DNA of 64,000 nucleotides from Planctomycetota bacterium (GTDB lineage: Bacteria > Planctomycetota > UBA1135 > UBA2386), in assembly GCA_014192625.1 (NCBI GenBank), contig BJHM01000001.1, positions 187,725 to 251,724 of the forward strand, given 5' to 3'. Each line of letters starts with the position of its first letter. Positions within the stretch are counted from its first letter, which is position 1. Position numbers and translations under genes: made by a program. The notes beneath the pieces are model-generated. The model was not told the origin of the DNA. It searched no databases and was given only the letters and a program-made list of their open reading frames with translations. Below, in pieces: positions 1 through 8,291 of this stretch.

Positions 1-98
1 AAGCCGTGCCGCTCAAGGATCCAGCCGATTGCAGCGGAGGTGAGGCCTTTGCCGAGCGAAGAAACCACACCGCCGGTGACGAAGATGTATTTGGTCAT
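1..98 (-). CDS. pyrG: CTP synthase, N-terminal fragment (gene continues beyond the left edge)
   Basis: The ORF is open-ended, so it is absent from the ORF track. Reverse complement from ATG 98-96 reads [32 protein letters not shown], the conserved PyrG N-terminus. It starts 2 nt after the kdsB stop. Confidence 0.85.
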   Translation of the reverse strand, partial: MTKYIFVTGGVVSSLGKGLTSAAIGWILERHG

Positions 99-100
99 CA

Positions 101-838
101 CTAGGCTCTCAATCGTTGTAGGAACGCATCGTAGTCGGGCCGAGTCTCGATGCCCCATGGGTCACCTTGCGCGTCGAGCACGTGCATTGGAATATCATTT
201 TCGAGGAAGCGCAGTTGTTCCAGGCTTTCGGCCTCGGCAAGTCCGCTGCTCGCAAGTTTTGGGATCGTGAGCAGGGTCTCGCGCAAGAACCCGTAGACAC
301 CGATGTGCCGCAGGATCGGGAAACTGCCTGTCGTTACGTGCGGGATCGGTGCGCGGCTGAAATAGAGCGCCTTGCCGTTGCGGCCGCGCACGACTTTTAC
401 CACGTTGGGATTTGCCAGAGCCTGCGGATCGGTAAGCGGTGCTGCGAGCGTGTTGGTCACGGCGCGCCGCTCGAGCAACTGCGCGACCAGTGCCTCCAGA
501 TCGCGCGGGTCAACCTCGGGCCAGTCACCCTGAATATCGAGCACTGCGTCGCACGGGATGGTGGCGGCCGCCTCGGCGCAACGCTCGCTGCCGGTGCGGC
601 ATGCGGCGCTCGTGTGCAAAACGACAAAGCCGTGCCGCTTCGCCGCATTGGCAACTTTTTCGTCGTCGGTGGCAACGCAGACGCGGTCCACGTTGCGCGC
701 CAGTTTTGCTTGATCGCAGGTATGCAAAAAAAGTTCTTTCCCGCTCTCCGTTAGCAATGCCTTCTGCGGCAATCGTTGGCTGCCGACGCGCACGGGGATG
801 ATCGCCAGCGCGCGGACGATTTGCGTAGGCTTGGTCAC
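101..838 (-). CDS. kdsB: 3-deoxy-manno-octulosonate cytidylyltransferase (CMP-KDO synthetase)
   Basis: ORF 101..1063 trimmed to GTG 838-836, which overlaps the upstream stop as GTGA. The product is 245 aa. The blocks [33 protein letters not shown] and HIGVYGF are typical of KdsB. Confidence 0.9.
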   Translation of the reverse strand: MTKPTQIVRALAIIPVRVGSQRLPQKALLTESGKELFLHTCDQAKLARNVDRVCVATDDEKVANAAKRHGFVVLHTSAACRTGSERCAEAAATIPCDAVLDIQGDWPEVDPRDLEALVAQLLERRAVTNTLAAPLTDPQALANPNVVKVVRGRNGKALYFSRAPIPHVTTGSFPILRHIGVYGFLRETLLTIPKLASSGLAEAESLEQLRFLENDIPMHVLDAQGDPWGIETRPDYDAFLQRLRA

Positions 839-1419
839 TGCTTCTGTCCAGGCAAGGTCGGCTTTAGCTGCTTCGCGTTTTGCGCTTCGAGCTTGGCTTT
901 CTGGGCTTCGATGGCGGTGCGCAGGCCCGCAGAATCTTGGTCGCTGATCTTGCGCGAGTGATACGCGGTCGCTGCGTTGTAGACCGTGAGCACGTAGGCG
1001 CGGCTTTCGTCGAACGCCCGAATGAGTTCCAGGTTGGCCGGGTCGGCGAGCGGGCGTGACCACGCCATTCGCCGTTCGCCTTGGGTCACCAGGATCGCTG
1101 CGCGCGCGGAAGGCAAAGGCTGTTCGGTCGAATGCTCGAACATGCCCTGCGCGGCGAGCACGTCGAGCAGTTCTTGCAGCCGTTGGTCCTCGACCACCTT
1201 TAGATCCAAATCGCCAGCGCCTTGCCGATAGACCTCGGCGCGGCTGCCGGCAGACACGTTCTGCAGTGAAAAAGTCCGGTTGTTTGCGAAGTCATGGATC
1301 ACAACCTTGGTCTGTTCGCCGGTAGTGACGGTGACTATTCGAGGGAGTGGCGCGGCGCATCCTGCCAGCCAGAGGCAGGCGCCGAACCAAGTTGCAAGGC
1401 GCCGAAAGCAGTGGGTCAT
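835..1419 (-). CDS. hypothetical lipoprotein
   Basis: 194 aa ORF with a signal peptide and lipobox (WFGACLWLAGC). The stop overlaps the kdsB start. No recognisable domain. Confidence 0.6.
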   Translation of the reverse strand: MTHCFRRLATWFGACLWLAGCAAPLPRIVTVTTGEQTKVVIHDFANNRTFSLQNVSAGSRAEVYRQGAGDLDLKVVEDQRLQELLDVLAAQGMFEHSTEQPLPSARAAILVTQGERRMAWSRPLADPANLELIRAFDESRAYVLTVYNAATAYHSRKISDQDSAGLRTAIEAQKAKLEAQNAKQLKPTLPGQKQ

Positions 1420-1594
1420 CGATGCAGTTCGACAATAGCCATGCGAGGTGGTGGAACAAGAGATTGGAAAGATGACGGCTCGCGCCTAGCATCCGCAACC
1501 GCGCGATGGTGCTGCGGCGGCTGCACATCGACGCACCGCTATCGATATCCGGTCAGGTGTCGATGGCGGCGGGTCAGCATTGTTGGAGGGACAG

Positions 1595-2512
1595 ATGAAG
1601 CAGAACGAGAAGCTCCTGGTGTATGCAGTAACCGGGTTTTTGGTGGTCATTCTGATGCTCGCGGTCGTGCTTGGTGGCGGTGGCCGCGATGGTGCGCGGC
1701 AGCCCGAGAGTGCGCGCGAGATGGTCATAGTCGCAGCGCCGAGCCTCGAAGAGGTGCTCAACAGCGCGAAGATCGGGCTTGGCAAGGTGCCGGATCAGCC
1801 GGTTGCCTTGTTGCTGCCGATCGAGCAGCCACTCGCAGCGCCGGTGGTTATTCAGCCACCAACCTCTGCGTCGTTAGTTACGGAACGACTTGGCCTCAGT
1901 CGACGCGAGAACGGTTTTCGCATCGTTCGAGTGCAAACCAAGGACACGTTCGGTGGTTTGCTCCAGAAGTGGTGCGGCAAGCCGGACGCATTCATGGAAA
2001 GCGCACAGTGCCTCAACGAAGAACTCGATGTGACGCGGTTGCGCGCCGGCAGCGAGATCACGCTGCCCTTGGTCGAGGATGATGTGCTGCTTGCCGCCTA
2101 TGAGGCGCGAATGCCAAGGCCTTTGAGTCCCGTTGGCGGTATCGCAGTCACTCCAGCAGGCAGTCCAGCAGGCAGTCCAGCAGGCAACGCTGCTCTTGGG
2201 GGAGTGCCCCCAGTAAAAGTTGTGCCCAGCAAGCAACCCCTGCAGCCGAGTGCAATCGCTGCGAACGCGAACAACCGCGCTGGGGTGCCAATGGATGCGT
2301 CCATTGTGCGCTCAGGCGACCAGCGCAAGTACACGATCAAGTCTGGTGATTCCTACTGGAAGATCGCGGAGCGCGAAGTCGGCAAGAAGGGCGCCGCCAA
2401 GTTCATTGAGCAGATCCACAAGCTCAACCCGGACCTTGATTCGGACAACCTGCACGAAGGTGTGCAGATTCACTTGCCACCGGCCACCGCTAAAACAGCG
2501 GCGCAAAACTGA
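1595..2512 (+). CDS. membrane-anchored LysM domain protein
   Basis: The track ORF starts at TTG 1580. ATG 1595 is preferred because GGAGGG lies 5 nt upstream. There is an N-terminal TM helix (LLVYAVTGFLVVILMLAVVLGG) and a C-terminal LysM motif (YTIKSGDSYWKIAE...LNPDLDSDNLHEGVQIHLP). A second, degenerate LysM-like segment lies mid-protein. Confidence 0.8.
   Translation: MKQNEKLLVYAVTGFLVVILMLAVVLGGGGRDGARQPESAREMVIVAAPSLEEVLNSAKIGLGKVPDQPVALLLPIEQPLAAPVVIQPPTSASLVTERLGLSRRENGFRIVRVQTKDTFGGLLQKWCGKPDAFMESAQCLNEELDVTRLRAGSEITLPLVEDDVLLAAYEARMPRPLSPVGGIAVTPAGSPAGSPAGNAALGGVPPVKVVPSKQPLQPSAIAANANNRAGVPMDASIVRSGDQRKYTIKSGDSYWKIAEREVGKKGAAKFIEQIHKLNPDLDSDNLHEGVQIHLPPATAKTAAQN
2153..2188 (+). repeat. 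in-frame 12-bp coding tandem repeat (ccagcaggcagt, 3 copies; encodes PAGS-PAGS-PAGN)
   Basis: Read directly from the sequence, inside the LysM protein linker. Confidence 0.85.
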
Positions 2513-2522
2513 GCTAGTCCCT

Positions 2523-2756
2523 GCGCGCGTTTGGCGCATCGCCCGCGCGCATCGCATCGCATCGCCCGCGGGCAACGCATCGCCCGCGCGCATCGCATCG
2601 CATCGCCCGCGCGCATTGCCCCCGCGCGCATCGCATCGCCCGCGCGCATCGCCCGCGCGCATTGCCCGCGCGCATTGCATCGCCCGCGCGCAACGCATCG
2701 CCCGCGCGCATTGCCCGCGCGCATTGCATCGCCCGCGCGCATCGCATCGCCCGCCC
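2523..2756. repeat. nested GC-rich tandem repeat, units GCGCAT(C/T)G(CATCG)nCCCGC
   Basis: About 14 variable-length units (13, 18 or 23 bp) lie between two convergent genes (stops at 2512 and 2791). All six frames are open but give only Arg/Ala/Cys low-complexity translations. Confidence 0.9.
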
Positions 2757-2790
2757 GAACTCTGCTCTGCAAGGCGCGCGCTGCAGTCGG

Positions 2791-4158
2791 CTACTTGAGG
2801 CCGTACTTCTCAAGCTTCTTGTAGAGATTGCTGCGTTGCAGGTCGATGCGCTCGGCGGTGCGTTTGATGTTGCCGCCGTTTTCGAGCAGCTTGCGCCGGA
2901 TAAACTCTTTTTCGGTCGCAAAGCCGAAGTCTTCCAACTTCTCGAACGCAAACCAATCAGCGGCCCCGCCTGGCAGTGCGGCTGGCACCGGGGTTGATGC
3001 GCCTTGCATGTCGGTGGGGCCGAGTTCTGTGCCATCCGCGAGGATGGCGGCGCCTTCGATCACATTTTTCAGCTGGCGAACATTGCCGGGCCATCGTTGT
3101 TGGCGTAGCCAGTCGAGCGCGCCGCGCGTCAGTTTGCGCTTGCCGATGCTGTTGCGGTGGATCGCCTGTTGCAGGCAGTGCTTTGCAATGAGCTCAATGT
3201 CTTCCAGCCGGTCGCGCAGTGGCGGCAGGTGGATGCGCACCACGTGGAGCCGGTAGTAGAGGTCTTCGCGAAACTCTTTCTTTGCGACCATGGTCAGCAG
3301 ATCCTGATTGGTCGCTGCCAAAACGCGCACGTCGATGGGGATCTCTTTGGTCGAGCCGACGCGCAACACCACGCGCTCTTGCAAAGCGCGCAGCAGCTTG
3401 CCCTGCATGGGCAGCGGCATGTCGCCGACTTCGTCGAGAAAGAGCGTGCCGCCGTGCGCGAGCTCGAAGTGGCCTAGCCGTGCTTGTGTGGCCCCGGTGA
3501 ACGCGCCCTTCTCGTGGCCGAACAGTTCGCTTTCCACTAGATCGGCCGGGATCGCGGCACAATTGACCGCAACAAATGGCCCCGCGCGGCGGCGGCTCTG
3601 CGCGTGCACTTGTCGCGCGACCAGTTCTTTGCCGGTGCCGTTCTCACCAGTGATCAGCACCTGCGCATCGGTTGGCGCGACCTTTTGAATCAGCGCCCGC
3701 ACCGCAATCATCAACGGACTTTCGCCGTGCAGTTCGAACTCGCGCAGCAACTCCAGCTTTAGTTGTTGGTTCTCGGCAGCAAGCGCCGCGCTCTGCAGCG
3801 CATTTTTTATCGAAACCAAGACCCGGTCGGTGCCGAACGGTTTTTGCAGGAAGTCGTAGGCACCCCGTTTGACCGCGAGCACTGCGGTTTCGATGTCGCC
3901 GTGGCCGCTGATCATCACGACTGGGAGGCTGGGGCGCAGTTCCTTCATCCGGCTCAAGACCTCAAGGCCGTCGAGGCCGGGCAACTTCACATCGAGCAAC
4001 ACCGCAGTGACTTCGGGCGCGCGCACTGCCGCTAGGGCGGCCTCTCCGTCGCCAGCCTCGACGGTGGCAAATCCTTCATAACCAAGGGCGAAGGCCAGCT
4101 CCTCACGCACCGCCCGCTGGTCATCGACAATCAGGACCTTGGCGCCAGGCTCGATCAT
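2791..4158 (-). CDS. sigma-54-dependent response regulator (NtrC family: receiver + AAA+ + Fis-type HTH)
   Basis: 455 aa. Receiver domain (VLIVDDQ...[11 protein letters not shown]...KP), Walker [15 protein letters not shown] loop and C-terminal HTH ([27 protein letters not shown]). No adjacent histidine kinase. Confidence 0.9.
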   Translation of the reverse strand: MIEPGAKVLIVDDQRAVREELAFALGYEGFATVEAGDGEAALAAVRAPEVTAVLLDVKLPGLDGLEVLSRMKELRPSLPVVMISGHGDIETAVLAVKRGAYDFLQKPFGTDRVLVSIKNALQSAALAAENQQLKLELLREFELHGESPLMIAVRALIQKVAPTDAQVLITGENGTGKELVARQVHAQSRRRAGPFVAVNCAAIPADLVESELFGHEKGAFTGATQARLGHFELAHGGTLFLDEVGDMPLPMQGKLLRALQERVVLRVGSTKEIPIDVRVLAATNQDLLTMVAKKEFREDLYYRLHVVRIHLPPLRDRLEDIELIAKHCLQQAIHRNSIGKRKLTRGALDWLRQQRWPGNVRQLKNVIEGAAILADGTELGPTDMQGASTPVPAALPGGAADWFAFEKLEDFGFATEKEFIRRKLLENGGNIKRTAERIDLQRSNLYKKLEKYGLK

Positions 4159-4489
4159 GGGGGGATGCTAAGGCCAAGACCTTCCGCTTCTATGGTAAGG
4201 AGCGGATCCTGTAGCTTCGGGCTAGGCCGAAAAAGCTACCAAGCTGAGACTTTGCACCGGTGAGCGGGTTTTGCCGATGGCATCGGCTGCGCTAGCCCGC
4301 TGTCGGGGGGGTGGTCGCCGGCGAAAATCCATCGTCAGGAATCTGGGGTAGGCTAGTTCAACAATAGTCACAGGCGGCGTGCCCTTGACGGCCCTACAAC
4401 GGGACTTAGCATTCGTTGGCCCTTCTAGCACGGAGGGGCAACAGCTAACCCGAATGTGGGATCAACCTGGATTGCCCCCAGGCCATGTC

Positions 4490-4504
4490 TGGGTAGTAGT
4501 CTGC
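4490..4504 (+). promoter_or_regulatory. weak candidate sigma-54 (-24/-12) promoter, TGG-N9-TGC
   Basis: The sequence tcTGGgtagtagtcTGCtg lies 57 nt upstream of ATG 4562 and divergent from the NtrC-like gene. Only the core GG/TGC and the spacing match the consensus TGGCACG-N4-TTGCW. Confidence 0.2.
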
Positions 4505-4561
4505 TGACGATACATTCAGACCCCTCTACTCCGCCAAAGCAACGCTAAGGGACCCAGTTTC

Positions 4562-6673
4562 ATGGCCAGCTCGCTCGCAAAAACTTTTTTGGCATCTGTC
4601 GTCGCCGCCATCGTGGCCGGTTCAGCAATGGCGCAGGATCCATTTCAAGACGGCGTGAAGTTGCTCCGTCTCGGCAAAAAGGATGAAGCACTCGTTGCGT
4701 TCCAAGGGATCCTGAAATCGGATCCGTCCAACGCGGAAGCGATGCGGCTCTACTCGTCCATTGGTCAGGACGAGTGGTACATGCTGCTGAGTGAGCAGGG
4801 TGAGATCCAGAAGATCGCAGCATCGATCCTGGAGCGCGCCAAGCTCGAACGGAAGCAGCAGTCACGCGATGCCTCGGCGATCGATGCCTTGGTCGAGATC
4901 GTCTGCGCCAAGGACGGCAGCTACAGCGATCGCCGCGACGCGGTGATCAAGCTAGTTGCCGATCACGGTGAGTTTGCGGTGCCTGCGTTTGTCGCACGCA
5001 TGGCAAATGCGGATGACGAGAGTGGTCAGATCCAAGCGATCGCGGCGCTGGTCCAAGTCGGCCCGCGCGCAGTGATGCCGCTCATCGAGGCGCTGAAGAG
5101 CACCAGTGGGCTGCTGCGCCTGAATGCCGCCGCCGCCTTGACGCACATCAACGATGAGCGTTCGGTCCCGGCCATGGCGCGTTTAGCGCAGGTCGACGAT
5201 CAGGAAAACGTCAAGGCAGTCGCCCGCCGCTTCTTGGATGGCCGCAAAGAGAAGGGCAAGGCAGTTACCTTGCTCCTCGCCCAGTCGCGTGCCTACCTGA
5301 AGTCTGGCGTGATGCCGGGCGCATATAGCGACGTGGTATGGTCGCTGAAGAACGACAAGCTTGAGGCCACGGTTGTCCCAGCCTTGATCTACGCAGCGGA
5401 GCTGAGCAAGTCGGCCGCCAATGACGCGGTGCAGGTCGATCCCGGGAGCGAGGACGCGCGCTCGGTGCTGGCCCAGGCCAACCTGGCAGAGGCCAACCTG
5501 ATCGAAACCTCAATCGCCCAGGGCGATGCGACGGCCAAGGCGCTTGAGCCGATGGCTGCTGAGTTCAAGATGGCGGCGCTGGCGACGGGGCCTGCGATCC
5601 TGCGCAAGGCGCTGGAAGATGGTGTCAAGTCTGGGATGCCCAATGTCGCGGTCGCTGCGATCGACGCTCTGGCAATGGTCGAGGAGCGTGGCGAACTCGC
5701 CACCAGCACACTGAAGTCGGCGCTCGGCAGTGACGACAAGCGCATTCGCTATGCCGCCGCAGTGGCGCTCGCCAAGGCTTCGGGCGGTGTGAATGTTCCC
5801 GACAGCGACAAAGTCGTCAATGTCCTGGCCGCGGCCGTCATCGAAGAATCGGTGCGCATGATCCAGCTGATCGGTGCCGGTGGTGACTTCACAACCGCGA
5901 GCAAGGAAGCCGCGGCCCAACGTGGTTCTTCGGTGTGGAGCGATGCCAATGCCACCAGCGGTATGCGGCAACTGCTCGACAATCCGAACGTCGACATTGT
6001 GGTCATTAACGAGATTTTGGATGGTGGCCTGCCGGAAGACATCATCGGCAACATCAAGAAGGACCCGCGCATGGCGAGCACGAAGATCGTGATCGTTGCG
6101 AAGGACACGGAAAAGGCGCAGGCCCGTTTTGGCGAGACCATTCACGGTGTCATCAAGGCGCCGCTGACGAAGGAAACCCTGAACGAAGCGATCAGCACGG
6201 CGCTCGCGGGCGTTGCCGCTGAACCGCAGAACGTCCGCGCTGAGAGCTACGCCAAGAGTGCCAGCGAGTCGTTGCTGACTCTCGCCGCTGGCAAGAGCAA
6301 CATCAAAAACGCGCTGGTGAGCCTCGCCGGCCAGCTCAACCGTGGGGACTCGATCGCGGTCCCAGCGGCCAAGGCCCTTGGCCTCAGCGGTGGCGAACCG
6401 CAGCTCGATGCTTTGCTCGTGGCATTGAGTGGCAGTGGCAGTGTTGACCTGAAGGTTGCTGCAGCGGGCGCGCTAGGCCAGATCCTAGGTCGCGCGAAGA
6501 CCTGCCCGAAGCCTGTCGCCGAAGGTTTGATGGCGGCGCTTAACAGCGACGCTGACGTCAAAGTTCGCTCGGCCGCGGCCGCCGCGCTCGGCAAAGCCAA
6601 AGTTGATCCTGCCGAAAAGGCAAAGCTGCTCGACTCGATGAAGAAGATCGGCGTGGCCGCTGCGCAGGGTTGA
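4562..6673 (+). CDS. secreted HEAT-repeat protein (N-terminal TPR-like segment)
   Basis: 703 aa. Signal peptide MASSLAKTFLASVVAAIVAGSAMAQDP. Repeated HEAT/PBS-lyase-like units (QIQAIAALVQVGPRAVMPLIEAL, LRLNAAAALTHINDERSVPAM, DKRIRYAAAVALAKA, DVKVRSAAAAALGKA). Confidence 0.75.
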   Translation: MASSLAKTFLASVVAAIVAGSAMAQDPFQDGVKLLRLGKKDEALVAFQGILKSDPSNAEAMRLYSSIGQDEWYMLLSEQGEIQKIAASILERAKLERKQQSRDASAIDALVEIVCAKDGSYSDRRDAVIKLVADHGEFAVPAFVARMANADDESGQIQAIAALVQVGPRAVMPLIEALKSTSGLLRLNAAAALTHINDERSVPAMARLAQVDDQENVKAVARRFLDGRKEKGKAVTLLLAQSRAYLKSGVMPGAYSDVVWSLKNDKLEATVVPALIYAAELSKSAANDAVQVDPGSEDARSVLAQANLAEANLIETSIAQGDATAKALEPMAAEFKMAALATGPAILRKALEDGVKSGMPNVAVAAIDALAMVEERGELATSTLKSALGSDDKRIRYAAAVALAKASGGVNVPDSDKVVNVLAAAVIEESVRMIQLIGAGGDFTTASKEAAAQRGSSVWSDANATSGMRQLLDNPNVDIVVINEILDGGLPEDIIGNIKKDPRMASTKIVIVAKDTEKAQARFGETIHGVIKAPLTKETLNEAISTALAGVAAEPQNVRAESYAKSASESLLTLAAGKSNIKNALVSLAGQLNRGDSIAVPAAKALGLSGGEPQLDALLVALSGSGSVDLKVAAAGALGQILGRAKTCPKPVAEGLMAALNSDADVKVRSAAAAALGKAKVDPAEKAKLLDSMKKIGVAAAQG

Positions 6674-6740
6674 TCAGCGATCGGGTTGATCAGCGACCGG
6701 GTTGATCAGCGATCGGGTTGATCAGCGATCGGGTTGATCG
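6668..6740. repeat. 16-bp tandem repeat GGTTGATCAGCGATCG, ~4.5 copies
   Basis: Read directly. Each unit carries two 6-bp palindromes (TGATCA, CGATCG). The first unit contains the TGA stop (6671-6673) of the HEAT protein gene. Confidence 0.95.
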
Positions 6741-6755
6741 CCGTCGCATGGAAGT

Positions 6756-6785
6756 CGCGGGGCCTGCTCGGGCCCCGCGGTTTTG
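6756..6785 (+). terminator. Rho-independent terminator
   Basis: A 9-bp GC stem CGCGGGGCC/GGCCCCGCG (6756-6764 and 6771-6779) with a 6-nt loop, followed by GTTTTG. It lies downstream of the HEAT protein gene. Confidence 0.7.
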
Positions 6786-7081
6786 TACGGCGGGAGGATT
6801 GTCCAGCGGGCTTTGTTTTGGCGCGGGACGATTTTTGTCGCCTAGTAGCGGGTCGCCGTGCTTTCGCAGCACCGCTGGTTTTTTTGCGCCGTAGTGCGGG
6901 CGGTAGATGGCAAGGCCGGTTGGCGGTTTTTTGGGAAGAACAGACTTCTGTCGGCAGTTTTCATCCTTGGTATCCGCAGAACGACCGCAAGCTGCGCAAG
7001 GATCCTTTGCCTGCAAGTGTTTCCGATTCGAAGGCTGGCCTCCGCGGCCTTCGCTAGCTAAGTTGCCGCGCCCAACTTTGT

Positions 7082-7156
7082 GCCGGTGTAGCTCAGCGGT
7101 AGAGCAACGCTTTCGTAAAGCGTAGGTCGTGGGTCCGATTCCCACCACCGGCTCCA
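7082..7156 (+). tRNA. tRNA-Thr (anticodon CGU)
   Basis: Cloverleaf folded by hand. Acceptor GCCGGTG/CACCGGC, D arm GCTC..GAGC, anticodon stem ACGCT/AGCGT with loop TTCGTAA, T arm GTGGG-TCCGATT-CCCAC, discriminator T, encoded CCA. Confidence 0.95.
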
Positions 7157-7189
7157 CTTTTGGGCGTTAGACAACGCCGCTTTCGGTCT

Positions 7190-7735
7190 ATGACCAACCG
7201 ACTTTACTCGCTGTTGTTTGTGCCGTTCCTGTTCGCGGCCTGCAACACATCGCCGCCTACCGCGTGGCTTCGTTATGAACCACAGGACCTCACCGGCTGG
7301 CAGTCTGTCGGTGACGGAATGGTCACCACTACGATGCTCGGTGCGCGCGTCGACGTTGACTTGAAGAAGCGCGACACGCGGATTGAACTCGCCATTGAGA
7401 ACGAAACCGGTGGCGATCTTCGGGTGCGCGTTGGTCCGGAGGCCTCGCAGGCGCCAACGGCTGCGATTGGCGAACTGCGTCGCCGGCGAATTGACCAGAC
7501 TCGCGCCGAGGACGTGCGAGACTTCGTGCCGTATGTATCGATGCAGTCCGAGGTGTTGACCACTGGCTTTAGCGGGACCTTCTTCCTTGATTGCCCACTT
7601 GGGCGCGAGCCGACGATTGGTCAGCAGATCCAGCTAGTGCTCGAAGTCCGCAACGCTAAAAACGGGTTTGAGCGTCGCCTGCTATCGCTGGTCGCAACCA
7701 ACGCTGGCACGCTTGGCGATGCGCCGCGTCGCTAG
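7190..7735 (+). CDS. hypothetical lipoprotein
   Basis: The track ORF starts at TTG 7160. The ATG at 7190 gives MTNRLYSLLFVPFLFAAC (lipobox). 181 aa, no recognisable domain. Confidence 0.6.
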   Translation: MTNRLYSLLFVPFLFAACNTSPPTAWLRYEPQDLTGWQSVGDGMVTTTMLGARVDVDLKKRDTRIELAIENETGGDLRVRVGPEASQAPTAAIGELRRRRIDQTRAEDVRDFVPYVSMQSEVLTTGFSGTFFLDCPLGREPTIGQQIQLVLEVRNAKNGFERRLLSLVATNAGTLGDAPRR

Positions 7736-7770
7736 CGTAAGAAGTCATTGAGCTAGCCTGTATCTGGTGA

Positions 7771-8252
7771 GCACCGCGCACACCGCGCACACCGCGCACA
7801 CCGCGCACACCGCTGCACACCGCGCACACCGCTGCACCGCGCATACCGCTGCACCGCGCATACCGCTGCACCGCGCACACCGCGCACACCGCGCACACCG
7901 CGCACACCGCGCACACCGCGCACACCGCAGCACCGCTTTTTGGTTCGCTCTTGGTTGCAAGAACGGAACGGCGTGTGCGGGCGGGTCTGGGGTTCTGAAG
8001 AGGTGGTTTTTGACGGCAAAGTTGTGCGCTCCGCTGCACCGCGCACACCGCGCATACCGCTGCACCGCGCATACCGCGCATACCGCGCACACCGCGCACA
8101 CCGCGCACACCGCGCACACCGCGCACACCGCTGCACACCGCGCACACCGCAGCACCGCTTTTTGGTTCGCTCTTGGTTGCAAGAACGGAACGGCGTGTGC
8201 GGGCGGGTCTGGGGTTCTGAAGAGGTGGTTTTTGACGGCAAAGTTGTGCGCT
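7771..8252. repeat. higher-order repeat: [9-bp GCGCACACC-type array][104-bp block] x2
   Basis: Array A is 7771-7926 (about 17 units) and array B is 8031-8148 (about 13 units). The 104-bp blocks 7927-8030 and 8149-8252 are identical base for base, with a 222-bp period. The element lies between convergent genes. Confidence 0.95.
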
Positions 8253-8291
8253 CGCGTAGTGACAACGCAAACGCTGCGCTGCAGCGCGTCA

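Noticed and set aside
2220-3035. Several overlapping ORFs (for example 2312..2698, 2470..2772, 2514..3035, 2531..2824) across the 2523-2756 repeat
   Set aside because: All frames are open only because the GC-rich repeat lacks stop codons. The products are low-complexity (ARAMRCARAM...). This is a repeat artefact.
4159-4561. The 403-bp intergenic region examined for tmRNA, RNase P RNA, SRP RNA or a TPP riboswitch (it begins GGGGATGC and contains CTGAGA)
   Set aside because: There is no tRNA-like 3' end (no T-arm or ...CCA complementary to the 5' end). There are no GAGGAAAGTCC-type RNase P blocks. The TPP core around CTGAGA does not continue (no ACCC..TGATCTGGATAATGCC-like segment). Only a local hairpin (4211-4240) is visible.
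6690-7157. 155-aa minus-strand ORF beginning MEPVVGIGPTTYALRKRCSTAELH, and the 76-aa ORF 29272..29502
   Set aside because: Their 5' ends are simply the antisense translation of tRNA-Thr and tRNA-Arg respectively, which is a classic artefact.
7771-8252. Possibility that the tandem arrays (also 2523-2756, 6668-6740, 15148-15213) are CRISPR arrays
   Set aside because: The repeat units are contiguous with no unique spacers, are only 9-23 bp long, and have no cas genes nearby.
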